In this document: in pieces, positions 47,600 through 55,973 of the stretch
Position numbering within the stretch: the first letter of the stretch is position 1
How the letters are laid out: the number at the start of each line of letters is the position of its first letter
Assembly (NCBI GenBank): GCA_013334765.1
Contig: JAAXWW010000002.1
Coordinates: forward strand, 87,453-147,824
From: Candidatus Moraniibacteriota bacterium
GTDB lineage: Bacteria; Patescibacteriota; Minisyncoccia; Moranbacterales; UBA2206
Direction: 5' to 3'
DNA: 60,372 nucleotides
Position numbers and translations under genes: made by a program
The notes under the pieces: generated by a model
What the model saw: only the letters and a program-made list of their open reading frames with translations
Databases searched by the model: none
What the model was told of the DNA's origin: nothing

Positions 47600-48372
47600 G
47601 ATTTTCGAATGAATGAAAAGAATATCCTCTCGAATTCTTCCGGCTTATCAAGAAAGACATAGTGTCCCGCGCCTTTTATTATTTCCAATTCTGAGCCGGG
47701 AATGGATCTGCTCATTTCGCGCGCGTCACTTATGGGCGTCTCTTTGTCATCTTCTCCCCAGATGAGGAGAGTCGGAACGGTTACATTAGGAAAGCTCTTG
47801 CTTATATCCTCGCTGACAATCCGCTTATATATCTCAGAAAGCTCGCCGGACTGGATATAGTCTTCCGAATCGATGGCTTTATAGAATCTCTTTCTTGCGG
47901 CGTTCCTCAATTTGCCGAGTCCTGGGATTCGGAAAATCAGGCCGACAGTTTTTGAAAGCATAAGGAAAATGATTTTCCTAGCACTCTTTCTCCTGATCCC
48001 AGCGCTCCCGATAAGGATCATCCTATCGACAGCATCCTTATGCTCCGAAGCATACCTGATGGCGATGCTTCCGCCGAATGAATGTCCGGCAATGACAGGC
48101 TTCTTGATTCCTAGCTGTTCGATGAATTTCCTCACGAATTCCACATAGTCTTCAAGGAACCAATCGCCTTTCGGCTTTTCACTGCCTCCGAAGCCCGGAA
48201 GATCAAGAGCGGCCGCGCTTTCGATCTTTTGGAGCATCCCGCCGAAATGCATAGCCTCGGATCCCCAACCATGCAGAAAAACGACCGCTTTTTCAGGATC
48301 GAAGTTATCCGTGAGATAATAGCGGACATTCAGGCCATCTATGATGATGTTTTTCTTGTTCATTCGATTCAT
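47596..48372 (-). CDS. Alpha/beta-fold hydrolase
   Basis: VVFLHGWGS and the nucleophile elbow AGHSFGG, plus GAGHYVFLDKPEEF. Confidence 0.8.
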   Translation of the reverse strand: MNRMNKKNIIIDGLNVRYYLTDNFDPEKAVVFLHGWGSEAMHFGGMLQKIESAAALDLPGFGGSEKPKGDWFLEDYVEFVRKFIEQLGIKKPVIAGHSFGGSIAIRYASEHKDAVDRMILIGSAGIRRKSARKIIFLMLSKTVGLIFRIPGLGKLRNAARKRFYKAIDSEDYIQSGELSEIYKRIVSEDISKSFPNVTVPTLLIWGEDDKETPISDAREMSRSIPGSELEIIKGAGHYVFLDKPEEFERIFFSFIRKS

Positions 48373-48422
48373 TTCAGCTTTTCCTTAATTTTCTCATATT
48401 AAAAGCTAAATTCAAAGCCGGC

Positions 48423-49313
48423 CTAAAACAGTCCCGTGCTGAGATATTTCTCTCCCCTGTCTGGGAAAATGACGGCGATCCGGCCGGAATCGATCCTTTT
48501 GGCGGTTTCAATAGCTGCCAGCATGGCCGCACCGCTCGACATACCGACGAAAAGACCTTCGCGCCTAGCAAGTTCCCTGGCTGCCTCGAAAGCCTTCTCG
48601 CTCTCGATATTAACGAAATCATCGATTCTGGATCTGTCATAAATTTTCGGAACAATCGCCTCTTCCATATTCTTGAGTCCTTGGATATAGTGTCCTTTTT
48701 CAGGATAGGCGCAGACAATCTTCACATCCGGATTCAGTTCCTTGAGCCTTTTGGATATCCCCATGATCGTGCCGGAAGTTCCGATAGAAGAAACCAGAAA
48801 ATCCACTTTTCCACCCATGTCATTCCAGATCTCATCAGCTGTTGATTCGTAGTGAGCTGCGATATTCCCATCATTGGAAAATTGGTCAGGCATGAAATAC
48901 TTTTCCGGATCGCTTGATAACATCTCCCTGGCTTTCATGATCGCTCCGTCAGTCCCCTTGTCTGGATCAGTGAGGATTACCGAAGTTCCAAAAGCCTCGA
49001 TCATTTTCCTTCTCTCAACAGAAACCGCCTCGCTCATGACGATTTCCACCCTATACCCGAGGACAGAGGCGATCATAGCCAGCCCGATTCCCGTATTTCC
49101 GGAAGTCGGTTCGATAATCGTCTTGCCTTTCGTGAGCCTGCCTTCCTCTTCCGCTTTCCTGATCATCTTGAGGGCGATCCGATCCTTGATGCTCCCGCCC
49201 GGGTTCGCTCCTTCAAGCTTGGCATATATCGAAACCTCCGGATTCGGGCTCATCTTGTTGATCCTGACCATCGGAGTATTCCCGATCATTTCGATAATGT
49301 TTTCATATGTCAT
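48423..49313 (-). CDS. cysK: Cysteine synthase (O-acetylserine sulfhydrylase)
   Basis: KLEGANPGGSIKDRIA (PLP Lys), TSGNTGIGLA and GTSGTIMG. Confidence 0.9.
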   Translation of the reverse strand: MTYENIIEMIGNTPMVRINKMSPNPEVSIYAKLEGANPGGSIKDRIALKMIRKAEEEGRLTKGKTIIEPTSGNTGIGLAMIASVLGYRVEIVMSEAVSVERRKMIEAFGTSVILTDPDKGTDGAIMKAREMLSSDPEKYFMPDQFSNDGNIAAHYESTADEIWNDMGGKVDFLVSSIGTSGTIMGISKRLKELNPDVKIVCAYPEKGHYIQGLKNMEEAIVPKIYDRSRIDDFVNIESEKAFEAARELARREGLFVGMSSGAAMLAAIETAKRIDSGRIAVIFPDRGEKYLSTGLF

Positions 49314-49336
49314 ATGTTTGCAATAAATTTAGAAAT

Positions 49337-49360
49337 AAAAAATCCCGAGTTTCCTCGAGA
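49337..49360 (-). terminator. Terminator-like hairpin in the cysK 5' leader (attenuator candidate)
   Basis: Minus strand tctcgag-GAAA-ctcggga (7 bp including one G-U, GNRA loop) followed by T6. It ends ~24 nt upstream of the cysK ATG. Confidence 0.45.
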
Positions 49361-49516
49361 AATAAGTTGCCTGGATTATAGAATATTATTTAGCAGCAAC
49401 AAAAGGATCCCGAGGAATGATTCCCGAGACAACACGCCGCCTGCATCGTTGAAACCGCATATTTCATATTCATGATTTGAGTTTCTCACATTATCAAAAA
49501 AATATCAAGAAGCTCC

Positions 49517-50053
49517 CTACAGCAGCCCCAGATGATCGAGCGCCATATATCCTATCTCGACATCCGTCATTTCTCCGCTTCTCAGAAGCTCCCTGAATTC
49601 AGGAAGCGACACCAAAACGACCTCTATGAATTCCGTGCTATCCAGTTTCTGCTCTCCTATCTTCTTGCAGTTCCTAGCAACTGCGCAGAATCTTTCCTTC
49701 CTAGAATATGCGTCATCGAATGATTTACCGATAATTTCCATGTCTCCGGCATAGCCGGTTTCTTCCAGAAGCTCCCTCTCGGCTGCTTTCCGGATATCTT
49801 CGCCATCTTCAATCGCTCCGCCGGGCATTTCAAGGAGGACCTTGTCAGGACCCGGCCTGAATTGCTTCGCCAATACGATTTCATTATCCTCAGTGACCGC
49901 CAAGATGCCCATGGAATTGTTTCCATACGCGATATAGTAGTCTTCTTTCTTCTTATCCGGCATCTCGAAATCGACCCGCTTTATTCCGCGGGAATATTTT
50001 TCAAATACCGTTTCGCTTTCAAGGGGTTTCCACTTTTCAATTTCCTGTTGCAT
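49517..50053 (-). CDS. Nudix hydrolase (ADP-ribose pyrophosphatase-like)
   Basis: Nudix box [24 protein letters not shown]. Confidence 0.85.
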   Translation of the reverse strand: MQQEIEKWKPLESETVFEKYSRGIKRVDFEMPDKKKEDYYIAYGNNSMGILAVTEDNEIVLAKQFRPGPDKVLLEMPGGAIEDGEDIRKAAERELLEETGYAGDMEIIGKSFDDAYSRKERFCAVARNCKKIGEQKLDSTEFIEVVLVSLPEFRELLRSGEMTDVEIGYMALDHLGLL

Positions 50054-50078
50054 ATGAATATATCAATATTGAATATCT

Positions 50079-50633
50079 TCAAATCATGCCACTGAAACAG
50101 GAATATGTCAAAAAACCGACCCTCTCGGATCGGTTCTGCCATTCTTCCGTCAATTCTTCGCGTATGGCGATTCCGCGCATGCGCTTCTCGATCCATGCAT
50201 CAGAATATCCCTTGAGCTTGTATAGCGCTTTGGTTCTTTTCGTTGCCAGTTCCGGATCTTCTATTTCCTGGACCCTTTCATAGCCGACTTTAGCCAGCCA
50301 ACGCTTGAACGGCTCTGCCTTTGGAGAAGGAATGGATTGGATTATTCGAAAAATAGTTTCCGTATTTCCGCAATCAGTTTCCCTCATTTTTCCATCCGAA
50401 GCAATCAGTTTCAACTGGTGACAATTTGTCACCACTTCGCTTCCCTCTTCTCGCAGTCGTTGCGACAGCTTGTTCCAGTATTTTCGAGCCTTCAGATTAT
50501 CTGGCTGATCGACAAGCGCTTGAATGACATCAACAACCGAAAACCACCATTCATTCTGAAAGATTATTTTCCTTATAGACTTGCCCTTGAAAATGGCAAT
50601 ATGATTGTTTGTGTTTTCCATGATAGGTAGCAT
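50079..50633 (-). CDS. Bro-N domain protein (phage-associated, DinD/antirepressor-like), apparently 3'-truncated
   Basis: IAIFKGKSIRKIIFQNEWWFSVVDVIQAL and PKAEPFKRWLAKVGYERVQEIEDPE. Homologues as I recall them continue about 90 aa beyond ..EEWQNR. Here the frame reads through a terminator copy (SERVGFLT) and then stops. Confidence 0.65.
   Translation of the reverse strand: MLPIMENTNNHIAIFKGKSIRKIIFQNEWWFSVVDVIQALVDQPDNLKARKYWNKLSQRLREEGSEVVTNCHQLKLIASDGKMRETDCGNTETIFRIIQSIPSPKAEPFKRWLAKVGYERVQEIEDPELATKRTKALYKLKGYSDAWIEKRMRGIAIREELTEEWQNRSERVGFLTYSCFSGMI
50110..50138 (-). repeat. Copy A of a 29-nt direct repeat (terminator hairpin sequence) embedded in the 3' end of the Bro-N ORF
   Basis: aaaaaaccgaccctctcggatcggttctg is identical to 50777-50805. 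The match extends to 33 nt with one mismatch. Confidence 0.8.
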
Positions 50634-50776
50634 TTATTTTTTTTACAGTGATATATTATCACTACTTGCAAAAATCGTCAACAACAGCAGAGTCCTCTAA
50701 TAATCTCTTTGGAGATACCCTGCACCTTTACTGCTTTGACCCAAGGATAACATATCAGGATAAAATCTATCTAAAG

Positions 50777-50805
50777 AAAAAACCGACCCTCTCGGATCGG
50801 TTCTG
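50777..50805 (-). terminator. Intrinsic terminator of the histidine kinase gene (copy B of the 29-nt repeat)
   Basis: Minus strand aaccgatcc-gaga-gggtcggtt followed by T6. It begins 3 nt after the kinase stop codon. Confidence 0.8.
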
Positions 50806-50808
50806 GCA

Positions 50809-52728
50809 TCAGACGATGCGATTCCTTTTTTTCGGTTCGCTGAAGATTATCCTTCCTTCCGGAGCGGGCTCCGTTCTGGGTTTTTCCGTGACGGAAACCT
50901 CCGTTACTGCTGGCACAGGCTTTTCTTCTTGCGGCGCTTCGGCTTGCGACGTCGGTTCGTTTGCGACCGGCTCAGGAACTTCCATCCTTCGCGGCGTTGC
51001 CGGCAGCGCTTTTTCCAAAGTATCCAACCGTGGCATTTCCGTCCTGACATTCTCAACGTCGTCCCCAGTCTCTTCATCCCCAGCCGGCAATTCGATGATG
51101 AATGTCGAGCCCTTCTTGTCTCCTTCGGACTCGGCCCAGACTCGGCCATGAAGGGCTTCTACCATGCTCCTGCTGACATGGAGCCCCAGTCCCGTTCCGG
51201 GAGCAGTGAGGCGTCCAGTGTCTTTTCCGCGGGAGAATTTAGCGAAAAGATATGGCATTTCGGTCTCCGGAATCCCGATCCCCGAATCGGATATCTCGAT
51301 CCTGACTATCATCTTGTTCTTCTGGAAGGCTTTTATCCTGACCCACCCTTGAGGGGTATATTTGACGGCATTGTCGATCAGGTTGGAAATGACTTCGCGC
51401 AATTTGCTCCTGTCGGTCGATATTTTCCGAATTCCCTCTTCGGGAAGATCGAGCTTGAATTCGATATCGTGGTTTTCCTTGTCCCTGGCTCCGAAAGAAT
51501 TGTATAGCTCAGTACAGAGTTCCGGAACGTCGGTCGGAGCGAATTTGAATTCCATCCTTCCGGATTCCATGCGGGAAATATTGAGAAGGTCCTCGACGAG
51601 CTCGATGAGCCGGTCATTGGAAATCTTGATGTTCTTCACTACGCGCTTCACGTCCTCGCTGACATCCCCGAATGTCCCCTCTGTGAGAAGCGACACATAT
51701 CCTTTGATGACGGTAAGCGGCGTCCTGAGCTGATGGGACGCGATGGAAATGAATTCCGTTTTGGCGTTGTCCGCCTTTTTGAGCCTATCATTGGAAACCG
51801 CAAGCGCATCCGCCATACGCTGCAGTTCGTCCTTCCTTTGAAGATCCAATTTTACGGTTTTGATGAGAAAATATCCAAACCCAGAAGCAATGATCAAAGT
51901 CATTCCAGCGAGGATCCTGTTAGTATTGTTCTGAATAAAGAAAAACTGGGAGCCGATGAGAATGACAAGGGAGTATACAAGAGCTTGAGCACCGATGAGT
52001 TTGATATCGAATGCTTTGTATTTGACGATTAGATATGCCAATACGCCCATGAAAATAGTTATAGCAAAAAGTCCATAAAATTCAATCCGATAATCATCAA
52101 ATATTAGATTGGATGAATACTGAGTAATTAAAAACGAAAGCAAAAGAAGAACTGTTCCTATGCCGACAATTACAATTTTCGTCCTTTTTTCTGCAATTTC
52201 TCTGTATTTAAGAAATTTGACTATCAGAAGCACTAAAACACCAATAAACACAGCCGCCTTAAGGGCATATATATAGTAAAGAAAATCATGGTTTTCCACA
52301 GCATCGCATGTTATTGCAGAAAATTTAGTAAAATAATATTTGGTCGGAGAAATCAGAGCTACAGGTAAAAACAATATTCCAAAAACAATTTTAACTGTGA
52401 AAGGAATATCTCTTTCTTCTATGAATACAAAGACAAAATAAAATACAAGGAAATAAAACAGCACCGAAAGTATTTCAAAAAAAGACCAAAAGAAAGAAAA
52501 TACTACGCTACTGAAAGTAAGCCACACTATAAGATTAACAATTGCCCAAGCAGAAAAAGACAAGGATATTGCAAGAAGCACCTTCCCAGCTAATAATTTC
52601 CGGTTCTTCATGAATACAAATACACCAAAAAACAAAGATACTATTATGGATGGTAAATGGGAATAATAGAGTAATTGTGGAATGTCTATATAGCAACTCT
52701 CTACATTAGATACCAAATTGTACGCCAT
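50809..52728 (-). CDS. Sensor histidine kinase with a multi-TM N-terminus and a Pro/Glu-rich C-terminal tail; no cognate regulator nearby
   Basis: H-box FISIASHQLRTPLTVIKGY, N-box ISNLIDNAVKYT, G-boxes DSGIGIP and GTGLGLHV. About 9-10 TM helices in the first ~290 aa. A ~100-aa P/E/T-rich tail follows the ATPase domain. Confidence 0.9.
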   Translation of the reverse strand: MAYNLVSNVESCYIDIPQLLYYSHLPSIIVSLFFGVFVFMKNRKLLAGKVLLAISLSFSAWAIVNLIVWLTFSSVVFSFFWSFFEILSVLFYFLVFYFVFVFIEERDIPFTVKIVFGILFLPVALISPTKYYFTKFSAITCDAVENHDFLYYIYALKAAVFIGVLVLLIVKFLKYREIAEKRTKIVIVGIGTVLLLLSFLITQYSSNLIFDDYRIEFYGLFAITIFMGVLAYLIVKYKAFDIKLIGAQALVYSLVILIGSQFFFIQNNTNRILAGMTLIIASGFGYFLIKTVKLDLQRKDELQRMADALAVSNDRLKKADNAKTEFISIASHQLRTPLTVIKGYVSLLTEGTFGDVSEDVKRVVKNIKISNDRLIELVEDLLNISRMESGRMEFKFAPTDVPELCTELYNSFGARDKENHDIEFKLDLPEEGIRKISTDRSKLREVISNLIDNAVKYTPQGWVRIKAFQKNKMIVRIEISDSGIGIPETEMPYLFAKFSRGKDTGRLTAPGTGLGLHVSRSMVEALHGRVWAESEGDKKGSTFIIELPAGDEETGDDVENVRTEMPRLDTLEKALPATPRRMEVPEPVANEPTSQAEAPQEEKPVPAVTEVSVTEKPRTEPAPEGRIIFSEPKKRNRIV

Positions 52729-52777
52729 ATAATTATTCTTTTTTTATTTTTTATTTTCTGTAAGTCCAAGATGGTTC

Positions 52778-53542
52778 TCATAATGACCTAATTTCGCAGA
52801 ATTTTTTCATAGTCTCCAGTTTTAGCATATTGCCATTGCGGGAAACCCAGTGAACTCCTCCATCACTTTTGAATTCAATAGGTTTATTGCACGATTTATT
52901 ATCAAAGCACAAAACAGCCAAATACGAAGACAGCGATCCCGTCCCACACGATTTAGTTTCAGCAAACAATCCTCGCTCATAAGTCCTTATCAGATAATGA
53001 GATTCGTCTATTTTCTGTATCGCATCGACGTTTACGCCTTCTGGATAATCCTTCTGCATTTCTTTTCCAAATTTGGTCAAATCGAAATTATTCAGATCAT
53101 CCACTAAATAAACAATATGAGGCTCTCCAACTTTTATGTACACACAGTTACTGTCGTTATTGATCTTTTTCATGTCAGAAAATTTGAGGCTCATCGATAT
53201 CGATTGCTTTTCAGAATCTCCTTCAACAATAGCTCCATTATCCTTCATCTCTATTTTGCCTTTATCTAAACCTAACAAATAGGCAATCAGAAGTGTTCCA
53301 TTTCCACAAGATTCAGATTCCGACCCATCTTTTTCGTAAATTTCCATAAAAGCATCGAAAACATTCGATGGCCTCAGAAAAAGCGCAGAATCAACACCGT
53401 ATTTATTTATATTCTCCACGGCAAAATCAACTTTTGACTGCCGGCTCATTTCCATACTGCGACAATCTAAAATAATAAAACTATTACCGCAACAACTTCC
53501 AACATATTCCCTTCTTTCATATTGATTCATATGCTCATTCAT
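52778..53542 (-). CDS. Diaminopimelate epimerase-like (DapF/PhzF fold)
   Basis: GNSFIILD plus the two catalytic-Cys motifs ESCGNGT and KSCGTGS. Short at 254 aa. Confidence 0.65.
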   Translation of the reverse strand: MNEHMNQYERREYVGSCCGNSFIILDCRSMEMSRQSKVDFAVENINKYGVDSALFLRPSNVFDAFMEIYEKDGSESESCGNGTLLIAYLLGLDKGKIEMKDNGAIVEGDSEKQSISMSLKFSDMKKINNDSNCVYIKVGEPHIVYLVDDLNNFDLTKFGKEMQKDYPEGVNVDAIQKIDESHYLIRTYERGLFAETKSCGTGSLSSYLAVLCFDNKSCNKPIEFKSDGGVHWVSRNGNMLKLETMKKFCEIRSL

Positions 53543-53559
53543 ATTTCAAAATACGCGAA

Positions 53560-54879
53560 TTATATCCAGTTCCACTCCTTCAACAATTTCCTATCATTTT
53601 TTACAAACCTAAGACCAATATCAGTCCTGTAAAACATCTTTGGTATGATTATCTTACCTATTATGCCGTATATTTTCTCCCTAGCTTTCTGGATTGTTTT
53701 TTCAACACTAGTAACATACAACACATATCCGGTGCTGCCAGCGATGCGATATTGTTCACTGTCCCTGTTTTTCTCAATCATAACTTCTTCAAAATGAACG
53801 TGCGATAATTCCTCTTGAGACATATCCTTCTTAAAGAAAATGTTAACCCCCTTTTGGCTAAGGCTGCTGTCCGATGTTCTGTATGGAAACGGCGGAACTG
53901 TAACAGCAACATTTACTCCATAACCTTTTTTGTATTGCAACTCGTAATCTTTCCCTTTTGCCATAGCAAGCAGAAATTCGCTCCATGGAGATATATGTAT
54001 TTCGCTCTGCATTTCATTCGTCGACGATCCAAACCTTGATGTTATCTCAAGAGGATAAACCGTATCTTTGTCAGACACTATGCAATTTACATCCACATAT
54101 CCCTTATAACTACTTTTTCTTAAGTGAGGTTCGAGTTTAGCCAGAGTTTCCTGGAAAAGCCTCTTGTTAGAATTTTTTTCGTACCACATCAGCGTTCCAG
54201 TCTCTCCACCAAGCGGCCCTATGTCATCATTACACAGATGTTTATGCTCTATATTAAAAACTAATGGACCAATCCATGTATTGCCATTGAAGAATCTTCC
54301 AATAGCGATTTCGACTCCGCAAACTTTTCTCTGAAGTGAAACACGATATGATTCTCCTAGATGAACCCGGTAATTTTCAAGCACCTCCAGAACATCCGAT
54401 CCATCATCCATCTCCCCCACGCAGGTTAGAGCCTCATCGTGATTATCTTGCTTTAAAACCCATCTTCCTTTTCGCTTCTTGATAAAATCTATGGCAGACT
54501 TCACCGTAAAAGATTTCGTTTCAAAATCATCATCCATGCCAAATCCGCATGTTCTCATCACCTTTTGTCCGTATTTTCTATCCAGCTCAAGTCTGTCTCC
54601 ATCGCCACTTCCGCCAATAACCAAGTACCCTTCTCGCCTAAGACTGTCTTGTTCGGTGCCATACCCCACATCGTCGAACACTATGAGCCCATCTTTTCCA
54701 ACCCATCCTAATTCTTTTTTCCAATCTTGAGTTTTCTCCACCATTCCGTTGAAACAATCCTTATCTCCTCCGTTTTCTATGCAGAGTTTAACTTCACATT
54801 CTTCATTTTTCAGCTGGTATGCAAGATCACCTGCAATAAGCTCTTTAGAAACAAATAAAACTCTAAGTCTCCTAGACAT
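53560..54879 (-). CDS. PurD-like ATP-grasp ligase (phosphoribosylamine--glycine ligase family)
   Basis: GPLGGETGTLMWY, PLEITSRFGSSTNEMQ and GSTGYVLYVTS...RTDIG align with the E. coli PurD blocks GPNTGGMGAYSP, IEFNCRFGDPETQ and GGRVLCVTA...RKDIG as I recall them. Confidence 0.6.
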   Translation of the reverse strand: MSRRLRVLFVSKELIAGDLAYQLKNEECEVKLCIENGGDKDCFNGMVEKTQDWKKELGWVGKDGLIVFDDVGYGTEQDSLRREGYLVIGGSGDGDRLELDRKYGQKVMRTCGFGMDDDFETKSFTVKSAIDFIKKRKGRWVLKQDNHDEALTCVGEMDDGSDVLEVLENYRVHLGESYRVSLQRKVCGVEIAIGRFFNGNTWIGPLVFNIEHKHLCNDDIGPLGGETGTLMWYEKNSNKRLFQETLAKLEPHLRKSSYKGYVDVNCIVSDKDTVYPLEITSRFGSSTNEMQSEIHISPWSEFLLAMAKGKDYELQYKKGYGVNVAVTVPPFPYRTSDSSLSQKGVNIFFKKDMSQEELSHVHFEEVMIEKNRDSEQYRIAGSTGYVLYVTSVEKTIQKAREKIYGIIGKIIIPKMFYRTDIGLRFVKNDRKLLKEWNWI

Positions 54880-54944
54880 ATCTTTCTTGCTGTTATTCAG
54901 AAAACTTTATATAACGAATACTAAAACAATAATTCAATTTTGAC

Positions 54945-54983
54945 AAATAAAAAGGGCGCTCCATAGACAGAACAGGAGCGCCC
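54945..54983 (-). terminator. Intrinsic terminator after the 177-aa membrane protein gene
   Basis: 9-bp GC-rich stem gggcgctcc / ggagcgccc with a 12-nt loop, then TTTTTATTT on the minus strand. Confidence 0.65.
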
Positions 54984-54998
54984 CGTCAGCAAATTCAT

Positions 54999-55532
54999 TC
55001 ATCCGATGATGAACTTTATGGACTCAACACCTCCAAACACTGCAAGTGCCCAAGTTGCGTTACCAACAACAAGACTACTTAAAAATATCGACCATCCTTT
55101 CACGCTTAGTCCATTATACCGTCCATTCCTGCAAAAAGCCACGGTATAGAATGGGTCTTTCCAAAGAGATAGGATGACAAACGCAATAGGTACTCCACCC
55201 TTCTTTAAAGAAAAGGCTACAGCCCTTCTAAACCAGTTGTGGCCTTCGTACTTCTTCAATCCGTCGACCCAGTCCTTGACACCTTCGATAAGGAAAAGAT
55301 CCTTCTTGAGATAGTCATAGACACGTATCTGCGCGTAGCAGATCAGAAAAGAGAGCGATACCATAATCAGGAAACCTTTTTGCAAACCAAATCTCCACAT
55401 CACATACCCATACAAGGGGTAATTGAAGGCGTGCTCCAAGATGAGATCGAACATGTATGCGGCTCCGACCTCGCCGATCCGCTTCTTCTTGACCGCGATG
55501 TTCGCGGCCACTTTCTTCAAGAAACCGCTCAT
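54999..55532 (-). CDS. Membrane protein, unknown function
   Basis: 177-aa ORF with about four TM helices. No family recognised. Confidence 0.5.
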   Translation of the reverse strand: MSGFLKKVAANIAVKKKRIGEVGAAYMFDLILEHAFNYPLYGYVMWRFGLQKGFLIMVSLSFLICYAQIRVYDYLKKDLFLIEGVKDWVDGLKKYEGHNWFRRAVAFSLKKGGVPIAFVILSLWKDPFYTVAFCRNGRYNGLSVKGWSIFLSSLVVGNATWALAVFGGVESIKFIIG

Positions 55533-55675
55533 CGCGACACCTCTTTGTTGGATTTTTCAAAGAACTACTTCCATTGCATCACTCCAGTCCGATACCATCG
55601 TGACTCCAGAGTATACACCAAAAAACGATTCTCGTCAATAGACGTATCTGGAGATTATTTTGGCTTGAATAAGGT

Positions 55676-55702
55676 AAAAAATCAGAAGCATGCTCTGATT
55701 TT
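55676..55702 (-). terminator. Probable terminator of the low-GC operon
   Basis: Minus strand aaaatcaga-gcatgct-tctgatttt with a T6 tail. Located ~270 nt downstream of the carbamoyltransferase stop. Confidence 0.45.
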
Positions 55703-55973
55703 ACAGATAAATATGCCCTATTTCAACTTAATATTCACCTCTCCTAGCCGTTTCGATTAAATATTGCAATGCGTCCACAAAGTGACCTGTTACATCACTC
55801 ACTGCACCATAAATGAAGGTACTTATCTCCTTTTGTTATTTTCTTTGTTTTTTTCACTGCACCATATTAAAAACATTCAAATGCCTTCTTATAAGCATTT
55901 TCTAAATTTACACAACAGAGACGTTAGGACTATTTTATGAAGAAAAAGCAGTCTGTTATACTCTAACATCATG

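Noticed and set aside
49375-49402. Sigma70-like promoter TTGTTG-16-TATAAT (minus strand) upstream of cysK
   Set aside because: The sequence match is acceptable, but it conflicts with the attenuator reading of the same leader, and AT-rich DNA yields many such matches. It is mentioned in the finding rather than listed as a feature.
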